From assembly GCF_009914755.1 (NCBI RefSeq), contig NC_060934.1: DNA of 64,000 bases; one strand, given 5' to 3'. The stretch is from the human T2T-CHM13v2.0 reference genome, Homo sapiens. The notes beneath the pieces were generated by a model. The model saw only the letters and a list, made by a program, of their open reading frames with translations. It had not been told where the DNA came from and ran no database searches. A program made the translations under genes and the position numbers. The number at the start of each line of letters is the position of its first letter. Position 1 is the stretch's first letter. Below, piece after piece: positions 31,001 through 42,063 of the stretch.

Positions 31001-32811
31001 CTTGTCTCCCAGAGCCGCGCGCTCCCGCCCTTCTGCCCCACCCCACCACCACCACCACCACTTTGGTCTTCTCCAAGCTTCGGTCCCGGTCCCCCACCTC
31101 CCACCCCAGAGCGGCGTGGAGGAAAGCAGGAGCCCACTATTAAGTGCAGCGCGCCCCCTGCACACACGAAATCCGGCTGGCGTCTGCAGCCCGATTGCAC
31201 CCAATACCCGGGACAGTTAGTCCTTTTAATGAGCACCTCCTCGCCCCACCTACTCGGGGATCTACCCGCGCAGGATCCAGCACACACAAGGCGAGAGCTA
31301 GCTCGTCTCCTAGAAAGACAAAATAAATCACTCCCTCTGCCCTCATGTACTTTACACCACGTGTCGCAGTTTGTCACGTCAAATCATGGCAGGGTCTGGT
31401 TCCAAGACGCACACACACATTCGGGGTGGTTCTCTTTGACACACACACCCAAAAAAACTGCGCACACGCAGGCCTGCACACTAATCCACAGGCACACACG
31501 ACAGTTGCGTTTCGGTGCCCTGGTCCGGGCCAGGGGCACTTCTCCATCCCTTTCCCCCCTAGCAATGGACTTGACACACAGACTCTAACCACGGAAAAAA
31601 AAAACCGGACAGCCCATTCCTTCTTTTTTTCCCCACTTAATTCGCTAAAGCGCTTCCTGGGGTAGCCAAAGAGAGTCGAAACTAAGGGGTGGAAACTTCA
31701 GCTGGGTTTTTTCCCACCTCAAAACCTTTATTTTCAGTTTTTAAAAGCCACCTTACCCCGCCATATTGAAACTGGCACGGTTTCTAAAGACTCCTTCCCC
31801 GCAGTTGTGGCGCTTCCAAGAAAACACGAGTACGGATCAGGCTCTGGATGAGTGTCCGGCCACCGAGAATCAGCCACTTCCCACCCTCCAGGATCCCCCA
31901 GCTCCCTCCAGCCCCTTCCCACCGCCCCTGGTCAAAATCAATAAATACATCTCGCAGTTCCTACAGTTGCATTTTGGCGGATTTCTGCAAAACATACACA
32001 CACATACACATACCCACGCACGCATATTAAAAAATAAACTCCAGAACCAGCTCAAGTCAGCAATTTTGAAAGGGGGTCGAATAAGAGGAGACAACCGGAA
32101 AGCCCCTAAGTGACAGGATATTACTTTAAAGAGAAAATAATGAACAAAAAGACCATCCTCGCTGGAGCACGCTCCAAAACTACTACTGCCAATTTTATTT
32201 CAGTTGCTCAGGCAAATGTTTCCAAGGGAGCGATTCCGAATGTCTGCACGATTTTTACCCCCATGCCGGTCTCCGATTCCCCGTCCTCACCATCTTTTTC
32301 TCCCACCCAAACCAAAAGAAAGGGGAGACCCCAGCGCGGAGGAGACGCGGGAGCGCGGGGTAGGTAGCAGCGGCGGCTGCGTCGCTAAAATGAGTGCAGA
32401 AACGAGGAAGGTGGGCGGCGGGAGGGGACAGGCTGCGCCCGGGGAAGGAGGACACTTTGCAACTCCGGACGGACTCCCGCACGGCTCGGCTTTTCCGAGC
32501 CCGGAGACGCAGGCGAAGGGGACCCGGGAAGCAAAAATGACAACCTGGAGCGCACAGAGGAGTTTGAAGCTTCGCTCAAGTGCAGTCGCTTTCTTCTCCT
32601 GCCCTTCTCTTTCGCTCCCCTGCACCCTCCCCAGCCTTCCCCCACCCGCCACCTCCAACCCCAGCTCCCTCAGGCTTCCTTCCTTTTTTTTTTTTTCCTT
32701 TTTTTTCCTAGGCTGGAAAAAGCCCCTGACCAGCGCACTCAACCTGCGGGCCGAAGGGCTGCTCTCCGGCCAGCCTGGGCGCCGGGGACAGCAGCCGGCG
32801 CGGCGTCCTAC

Positions 32812-32990
32812 CTGGTGAAGTTCGTCCTGCCCTCGGCGTGGACCCAGGCCCCGGTCGCCGCCCGGGAGGGCACCGGCCTCGCTCGCTTGCTCGCTCGCCC
32901 GCCCTTGCCCGCTCGCTCCCCGCCCGCCGCCTCCCTCGCGCGCCCGCTCCGGTCCTCCGGCTCCCACTACAGCTCATTCCAATATGGCAT
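32812..32990 (-). other. SFMBT2: Candidate SFMBT2 non-coding first exon (1b); TSS approximate
   Basis: Donor CAG|GTAGGA at 32812/32811 in the most GC/CpG-dense part of the island; GAGC-repeat GC-rich leader-like sequence. Confidence 0.75.
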
Positions 32991-32998
32991 CCTCTCTG

Positions 32999-33009
32999 TG
33001 CGCATGCTC
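32999..33009 (+). promoter_or_regulatory. NRF1-like motif next to the exon 1b start
   Basis: TGCGCATGCTC, one mismatch to YGCGCAYGCGC. Confidence 0.4.
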
Positions 33010-33012
33010 GGC

Positions 33013-33016
<4 letters not shown>

Positions 33017-33052
<36 letters not shown>

Positions 33053-33086
33053 TGTGTGTGTGTGTATGTGTGTGCGTGCGCGTGCA
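33017..33086. repeat. T29 tract followed by a 34-nt alternating purine-pyrimidine (TG/CG) run in the promoter
   Basis: T at 33017-33045; strict Y/R alternation at 33053-33086. Confidence 0.9.
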
Positions 33087-33296
33087 GCGAACTCCTTCAA
33101 CGACCTTTTCCAGCGCTTGCAAAATTTCTTAAGCCAATTAGCCTGCGGGACGTGATCGGCTCCTTCCCCAGCCAGCTCCGCGCCATTCCCTGCGCCTAAG
33201 CAGGCGGGCACCCCCAGGACCCTGGGACCTTCCACGCCCACGCGGCCTCCTCCCCACCGCGCTCCCCTTCCTCCTTTTTGTGAGCTCCCTCCATAC

Positions 33297-33440
33297 ATGA
33301 TCTGCAGAAAGTTCCCATCGCGGGCGTTTCCGCACACCCCTCCGCAAGGACAACTGGGCAAACTCCCGTTTCCCTGGCTGCGGTTCGTGAGCTGGGTTTC
33401 CAATGGCTCAGTCGACCGTGTGCACAAACTTGCGCTTTAT
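33297..33440 (-). other. SFMBT2: Candidate alternative upstream first exon (1a); TSS approximate
   Basis: Donor CAT|GTATGG at 33297/33296; GC boxes at ~33495-33510 just upstream on the minus strand. Confidence 0.5.
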
Positions 33441-35239
33441 CCGCCGGGGATCGCTGGGAGCGGAGATAAATTCAATCCCCAGGGCAATCTTGGCCCCGCC
33501 CGCCCCACCCCATCCTGTGCTTAAATAGAGCCTTTCTTGAAGCTGCGAACATTTCCAGGCCCCTTGGGCAGGGCTGGAGGGGCCGAGGAGAGCTATTCGA
33601 GGGAAAGGTGCCCCGAGGGGCAGGAAATTAAGTTGGGGCTGCCCGGGCGAGCTGCCAGGTAGCCGTGCTCGCCACGGCGTCTCATGGGGCACCTAGCTAG
33701 TGGCGGGCCTCATAGGGCGGGAAAAGAATCGTCGCTCACACCCCAGCAAAACGTGGCCCTCGACGGTCCGTTGGAGAGCCCCGGCGGCCGTGAGCCCCGG
33801 GCAGGGCTGGACGTCTGCGGAGCCCTCGGGCACTTTGTCCCGGGCGCCTGGGGAGGAACGCGGAGCTCCCAGGGCCTTAGGTGCAACGGCTGCGCAGAGC
33901 CCAAACGAAATGTCCCCAGTGCGGAAAAGCCGGTGACGCCCTGGTAGCAAGACCAAGAGCTTCCGAAGAACGCTGCGCCCTTAACTAGGGGGCCTCGCAG
34001 AGATGCCTGTGTGGGCCTGCATTGTATATTTCTGCGAAATAGCGAATGGACACGTTTGCTCAGGGTTTTTATGGTTGCCAAAGGGGGTAAAATTACCCAG
34101 TCCCCCAAATCTGTGTCCCATGAATCCCTCTCATAGTACCCCTCTCCAGGGGGCCAAGAGGTCCTCCAGGTCCCCGTGGGTTCGCAGCTCCACCCGCCCT
34201 TCCTCGCCCTGCATCCCTAAGGAGAGGTGTCCGCTCTGAAGGGCTAGGGGCCAGCCATGGAGTGAGGGGACCGGGGCTGACCACGCGCGGCACAGACAGA
34301 GGTCCTCAGGCGGGCCCTCTCCTGGACGGTGGGGCCGGAGCTGATCTAGAAGAAATACGGAGGGACGTGCCGAGAAGCCGCTCTCCTTCGCCGCGACCCT
34401 GGAGAGCGCCTCTCCACCCAAAGGATCTGCCGAGCTGAGAGATCCAGGGCGGGCGTCCGCAGCCGTGAGGCCCCCTGCGCCGCCAGTATGGGAAGATCCT
34501 GCCTCCTTACACCTTGGAGAACGCTGGGCGACGACTAAAGCGCCTTCCGCCGGCCTGTCACTCCATGTGACACAGGAGCCACGTGAGACCCAGAAGAGTC
34601 CAGCGACTCGCCGCGCGGCGCACTTTAAACTCTAGCCTGAGTCTGCGACCCCTCCAGCTCTCCAGTCCCCAGCTGTTGGGGACATCAAGCCGGAGCCCTG
34701 GGCTCTCTGCCCTGTGGGTCGCTGAAAGCAGAGACTCCTCAAACCAACCGAACCGGGCGCATTAACCCTCTCGCCTGCACCCCGCTGCCTCCCGGTTGAG
34801 CCCCGAGGCGGCTCCAGGTAGAACCTGCTGGACTGACTGCGGCGTCCAGGAATCTGGAGTGTGGGCTCCAGACACTCTCCACGGTTTGGCCCCGGGTCTC
34901 AACACCCAAGTCGCCTCTTCTGGCTCCTTCACCACACAGCGGGGCCTGTGGAAAGGGAGGGGCCGAGAGACCCGTCGGCGCACCACTGTCCTCGAGGGGT
35001 CCCCACCCTGTGCACTGCTGAAGCGCAGGGCGCGCCGCGGCAGGAATGGCCCCGAGTGCGGATCCCCTGCCCTGAGCCTCCCACTCTTGGCCCGCGCTGC
35101 GCCTACCCAGTGGCCCTGGCCCCGCAGGGCGACAGCGGCTGCTCCCTCCCATTTGCGTCCCAGACCGCGCGGCCTCGCTTAGCTCCCGGGAGCCGACAGG
35201 CGCTTGCCCTGGTGCCAGCGCAGGGCTTCCCGGGGGCTT

Positions 35240-35271
35240 GGGGTAGGGGTAGGGGTGCGGGGGGGAAGGGG
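35240..35271 (+). other. G-quadruplex-forming motif
   Basis: GGGGTAGGGGTAGGGGTGCGGGGGGGAAGGGG, five runs of at least 4 G with short loops. Confidence 0.7.
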
Positions 35272-37440
35272 AGAACGTAATTTCCTTCTGCAGGAGTCGT
35301 GGAGACGTGAGCTGCAACCAGCCACCGCGCTCTCTCCAGGCTTGTTTACCAGTTTTAGGTCATCATTGTGCACGAAACATTCTTTCATCCAAATAAAAGC
35401 AAATGCAGAAGAACACCTGATCCCAAACAGTGTATGACTGCGTTCATTATCTTACCTGGTTACTCCGAAGGAGTTGAATTTTTTTAATGTTTTGGGTACG
35501 TAGACCCCGTATAATTTTGCTCCTGGGTCCACAAAATGGTGATTTTGGGGGAGGGTTACCTATCGTGATTAAGAAATATAATCAGGAAGTCGCAGCACAC
35601 AAAGGTGGCATTGTTATTGTAAAAAAAAACTCCTTCCCTCCTATTTTTGTGTTGCTTTTTGCACGTGACTTTTTGAAGATTCCTTGATTTTCTTTTCTGC
35701 AACCGACCTCCATTCTCTTTTATCCAAGGGCACCAATGAGGCAAATGAAAATTGGTTAGGAGATTCCCTGAGGCAATTCAAGTGGCCCCTTCATCCCACT
35801 TCAATACCTTTCCACTTTCATTTTTATTTCAGAACCAGACACTTTAGGGATATATACCCAGATGTAGGTTGCACCCTAAATCAATTAAAGGTAGGAAAAA
35901 ATTCCACATAGTCAGCAAAGGATAACGCACTGACAAAAATTGTGACTGCTTTTTTAAAGTAAAGAAGGCTTATGCACTCCAGCTCAAACAGGGTCATGAA
36001 AATCTCATTATCAACACAAGATTTTTCTCTATACTGTTAATATTTACTAAAAATCTTGGCCAAAATAAGCCTTTGATCACACTAACTATAGATATTATTT
36101 CACTCCTAAACTTTGCTTAAGCCATGAATTTCATCACTCTACAGATCAAGTTATCCCTTCACAGGGACTTTGGAATTCTTTAACATAAATGGGGCTAATT
36201 GGTTAATTGTAAAATATTTAGATGCTATTCCATTTGTCTAATGATACAGCACAAATTAGAAATATAAAATAACAATTGAAAAGTTTTTGTCTCATTTTCC
36301 TTATATTCCTAAGCATTACATCACAAAAACTATTGCAGAGGAGTTGAAAAATTATATGTGTACTATTTATTCTCTTTATATTTAGGACATGTGATTACTT
36401 AAATCTTGTTGCATTAGTCGTACCCAAGAAAAATGTTCAATTTGTACATACCTAGTCCATGTTTAAGTTATCACTTCCCACTGGGAAAAGGAAATGAACC
36501 AAAGAAAATAGAAGATAAACCATTATGCTTTCTTAATATAGAGACTCCCTAATGAACCATTAGACATACTAGCCTAACAGGAAAGCAGAAGGAGGAGAAA
36601 AAGAGGCCAGAACCAAATATTTGAAGAATTTGTACAACCTTCTCTTTACTGGAGCCTTGAAACCAAAACTTGTTTTTTCTTAGGCTACATAAGATAGTAT
36701 TTTTCCATCAGGATCCTAAGGTCACAAAGAGTAAATCTAAATACACTCTGTCTTTTATTTTTTCACCTTTTTTCCTTATCTTCTATCCCCAATTAAAGCA
36801 CTTAATGGTTAATGTATTGGGAGTCCAGTGACCTCAGTCACTGCTTCATCGCTAATTATCTGTGTGACCTCTGTAAGTCCAGTGACCTCTCTGAGCCGTT
36901 CTTTCCTCTTGGGTAAAATGAGGGGATTGGACTAGGTGTTCTGTGAGGTCCTTTCAGACCTAAACAGTGCTAAGCAATCTACCCCACCTCAAAGCCATAA
37001 ATTGCTTTATATGGTATTCTGCCAATTTGATATAGCAATCAAATTCTGAGGTCACAGAAGATAAAAAAGAATTAAGTAAAGGAATTTGTAGGGAAAGGGT
37101 ATTAGGGCCTTCTTTGCCTCACTGCCCTTCAGTGAAGGTACCATTCAGGTCATATTTTTGCCTTCTTTTGATTATTATTGTGTTTTTGCATTTACTGTAT
37201 GAGTTTTGTGTTGCCCATAAAAGTGTGGGGGCTCTGGTGAGTGTATCTATGACAGTCCTTCTGAGAAAAGCCTGGGGTTATTGAGATGGCTTGTGAAAAT
37301 AACTAGAGTTCTCAGTGAGTGTAGTGATGTGTATTGGTTCAAAAAATATCACCACCTAAGAGAGCACCTTCTCATACATTTATAGAAATTTCAGAAACAC
37401 ACTATTGCGATTGACTCTTGTATAATTTGAAGGAATTTCA

Positions 37441-37840
<400 letters not shown>

Positions 37841-38455
37841 CTAGGACATTTATTGAAAGAGCCGACGTGGTTTGCTTGTGGATGTTCCAGTTTTGACTAA
37901 TGGCTTCTTTCTCCACTGAGAAGAACATCATGACAAAATTCATTCCCAACTTCTGTGGCTGCTGGCTTGTACATCTGGATGCATGGTATCACGCCCTTCA
38001 TTTGTGAATCTTACTGTGTATTAGGCATAATATTTTAGACTTTGTGGCCTCAGTTCCAGCCCTTTTGAGAGCTGCAGTCCAGAGAGATTAAATGACAAAG
38101 GCCTTTTAAAGGACAGAGTTACCGAGCAGGGACTGGCTCTCAGGCCCTTTTAAAGACAGCAAAAATGAGACAGAGGATTTATTTAGTATCTACTTTGCTC
38201 CAGACACTATTCCAGGTATTTTTTACATATATGATAACATTTCATAACTCCTAGTCTGTATTATGTGTAATATCCCTTTTAAATGGTTTGAAAATATGTT
38301 TTAAATGTATATTTCTTTACACATAAAGCTGAGTCCTCATCCACTGTCACTGTCATTGAAACACAGGTTGCATCTCGGTTTTTTCTTGTGGAACTTGAGT
38401 TGTCTGGAACCATTTACACTTTCTAATTTTACCCCTTTATGACTGAGGGTATCTA

Positions 38456-38773
<318 letters not shown>

Positions 38774-39209
38774 CACAGTGCAGGTCAGAGATGTGGGTCT
38801 GTGACCCTAGAGCAGTATTTCCTCTGTGAATGATAACTGGCCTGAATGAGGTTGAATTTGACACCATGTAAAAGCATCAAGAGTCCCATTGAATTTATAC
38901 TGCAAAATAGACTAAACAAACTAAAACAAGCGACCAAAAATCCCACATGAAAAAGCACTTCCATGAATAAGCACAGTGGACAATTTGTTACATTCACCCA
39001 CTACCTTAATAAGTGCCCGGCTATGGTATACAAGAGGAGAGATACCAGTATTAGGGAGCTGGACTATCTCAGCTTTCATGTAGCTTCAGCATCGCCATCC
39101 TATTTGTTTTCACTGTGTAAGCTGCTTTAGATGATCTTAGTACAGAATAAATCATTATTATCATGATCAAAGAAGTGATAGTTAGTAGATCTACAAAGAC
39201 TTGATTTGC

Positions 39210-39224
39210 AGTGCCATCTACTGG
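39210..39224 (-). promoter_or_regulatory. CTCF core motif
   Basis: Minus strand reads CCAGTAGATGGCACT, matching CCASYAGRKGGCRSY. Confidence 0.6.
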
Positions 39225-39756
39225 AAACAGACATTGACTTGCTTTTAGATTTTTTAGATAGTTTTTTGTTGTTGTTTATTTTATTTTTTTAAATAAAGAA
39301 CGTTGAAGAATACAGATATCAGTAGTAAGGGAAGAATTTGGTTCTTACTATATTTGATTATAGATGATGGCTTAGAAGCCCTAGCTACAAATAAGCTGAA
39401 TTGTATTCTTATCAAATCATTCATCCTTTGAATGTTAGACATAAAGAGTACTTACATGTTTCTTTGAAAAGTAACATTGCTTCCTTTTCTTAAAATGAGT
39501 CACTTAAACCAGTTTTTAATATAGCACTATGGTTTTTTTCTTATCCCTTTAAAGATTGATTTTTTTTAACCCTTGTAAGTGCCTCTGAAATGGATATCGT
39601 TGCTGAATTCTTGAAGATTTTCATTTTAATTTCATACCTTGGGGATGGGGGAAACTCAAAAGATTTTTCAATCAATTTTTTGAAGAGAAACTTACATAAA
39701 TTAGATATAGAGGAAGATTAATGAAAAATAAAAACCAATCTCTGCTTACATTTTTC

Positions 39757-40090
39757 TCATTCAACAAATATTTACTGAGGACCAGATGTGTGCCAGGCAC
39801 TGTTGTAGGATCTGAAATACAGTGAACAAGACAGATGAAGCCCTGTTCCATGACACTTATAGTTCATCAAGGACAGATCAACACCAAAGAAATGAATATC
39901 TAATATGTCATGTGGATGTCAGTGCCATGGAAAAGAGTAAAAGCAGGGGGAGGTACAGGAAGTGACAATGACAAGTATGGTGTTGGGGGAGGATGACGTT
40001 TTTTATGAAAGTGGGTCAGGGAAGTGGCATTTGAACAGAGAGCTCCAGACAGCAGGAAAAGTAAGTACAAAGATCTTGATATTGTCTTGG
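39757..40090 (-). mobile_element. L2 3' fragment
   Basis: tcattcaacaaatatttactgag...tgtgccaggcactgttgtagg. Confidence 0.7.
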
Positions 40091-40371
40091 CTCCATTGGA
40101 AAGAAAGAATAAATTATACAAAAGTTTGATGATATTTAACACCACAGGCATAAGCTATTAACTTGTAACTTCTAACTTAAGCAAGAAGTGCCAGTATTCC
40201 CAGATGGGAGAAAACACAGAGTGGTCAGTTCAAACACATACAGCAAATCCAAGCGTTCTCCAAGGGATCAAACCCAGTTTCCCTGAATTTAATTAGATTC
40301 TTAGGTTGAATGAGCCACAAAGGTCACCTGGTCTGCCATCTCTCTCATGCCCAACTCCCCTCTACATTATC

Positions 40372-40769
40372 TATATTAGTCTGTTTTCACACTGTTATAA
40401 AGACATACCCGAGACTGGGTAATTGATTTATAAAGGAAAGAGGCTTAATTGACTCACAGTTCCGCAGGGCTGGGGAGGCCTCAGGAAACTTACAATCACA
40501 GCCGAAGGGGAAGAGGCATGTCTTATATGGTGGCAATAGAGACAGAGCGAAAGAGAAAGAGAGAGCATGTGTGTGTGTGTGAAGCGAAGGAGGAGAGCCC
40601 CTCATAAAACCATCAGATCTGGTGAGATCTCACTATCACGAGAGCAGCATGGGAGAAACTGCTCCCATGATCCAATCACCTCCCACTGAGTCCCTCTCTC
40701 AATACATGGGGATTATGGGGATTGTAATTCAAGATGAGATTTGGGTGGGGACACAGCCAAACCTTATCA
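40372..40769 (-). mobile_element. THE1/MST-type MaLR solo LTR
   Basis: Terminus gagatttgggtggggacacagccaaaccttatca; 5-bp TSD TTATC at 40367-40371 and 40770-40774. Confidence 0.9.
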
Positions 40770-41359
40770 TTATCCCTACAAATGACCATGCAGTCTGCTT
40801 GAACACCTCACTCTTCACTCCCTCCAGAGATAGCTCATTCCACCTTTGACTCCTCTTGGCAAATTCATCCTTACACTGAACTGAAGCCATTTCTCTGTTC
40901 TGTGGTGCTTGGGTGGCTTGCATGGCAATGGAGGAAGGCAAAAGTGTCACCCTCTTCCTATTCCTCACTAGACTGTGGCCTCTATGATCAGGAATCCCAT
41001 GTAAACGTCCATGTAAAGCTGGCTCTGTAATGGACTTGAAATGAATCCATCCATCATCATTCATCACTCTGATCTCACCTACATAAAAACTCCTCAAGCA
41101 CAGGATGGTTAGTGGAACTGTGTTTTCTCTATGTCTTTAAACCAATGGAAACAGAGCAGCTCACGCAACTGAAAGACCCCAATGTTTAAGTGCTCTTATT
41201 CACCTTTCATTCCTTTCTTGGTTTGCAGTTATGCCGAATCAGAAATCAATTCCTTAGGGATAGCACAAATGAAAAAATCTAGAAAATATACAAATGCATC
41301 TGAGCAAACAATAGAGTACACTTGCTAATGACACAATTCCTTAAGCTATGGAATTCATT

Positions 41360-41605
41360 ACAACAGTTAACATTGATTGAGCACATACTCTGTGCCAAGC
41401 CCTCTTCCAAGAGCTTTATGTATCCTACCTCATTTAACCCCACAGCAAGCATGTTTAGTAGGCAGTGTCATTGTCCCCACTTTATAGACAAAGAAACTGA
41501 GGGAGGGGCTGAGAGTGATTAAGCCATCTGGTTGTGGATACCTGACTAGTAAGTGTTGGAGCCCAAACTTGAACTCAGCCAGTCTGACTCTAGAGCCTGG
41601 GCACG
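41360..41605 (-). mobile_element. MIR
   Basis: attgagcacatactctgtgccaag...tttatagacaaagaaactgaggg...agtctgactctagagcc. Confidence 0.75.
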
Positions 41606-41869
41606 TTTTCCCTAAACTCCATTCCCACAGTTTATGATAGTAGAGATGCCAGAGACTAAAGATAATGTATGGGACGGAAGATTGAAGGAACATGGATCAT
41701 TTAGCAACAGAAGAAAAGGCTAAAATGCAAAGGAGGGCCAGGGCAAGCTCATGAGCAATGCCAATGCTAATTTTTAAAAATGGGTTGAAAATAGAAGGAA
41801 TTGTGACTGTGGCCTGAATGGAACTAAGTTTGAGAATAAAAAGTGATGAGGATATTTGGAATGGGATAA

Positions 41870-42055
41870 TAGCAACAACAATACGACACTACATGCCAGG
41901 CTCTGTACCAAGTGCTGATGTTCATTTGTCTTAATTTAACCTCATTGAATCCCAGGAGATAGTTGCTGTCATCATACCCACTTTGCAGATGAGAAAACCA
42001 CGAGCTGGAGGAGTTACGTAGCTGTTTGACATAACCAGCTAGAGAGTAGCAGAGC
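41870..42055 (-). mobile_element. MIR fragment
   Basis: tacatgccaggctctgtaccaagtgct...cactttgcagatgagaaaacc. Confidence 0.65.
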
Positions 42056-42063
42056 CATTATGT

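Larger units (their letters stand above)
29350..35350. promoter_or_regulatory. Large multi-lobed CpG island, SFMBT2 promoter region
   Basis: Abrupt rise in GC and CpG density, no Alus, multiple GC boxes and CCAAT motifs; a less CpG-rich dip at ~31.55-32.25 kb. Confidence 0.92.

Noticed and set aside
32979-32987. CCAATATGG as an SRF CArG box
   Set aside because: Only five A/T bases between CC and GG; six are required
29423-33000. Long ORFs of 170-312 aa across the CpG island
   Set aside because: GC-rich, stop-poor sequence on both strands, low-complexity Pro/Gly/Arg/Ala content and no recognisable domain
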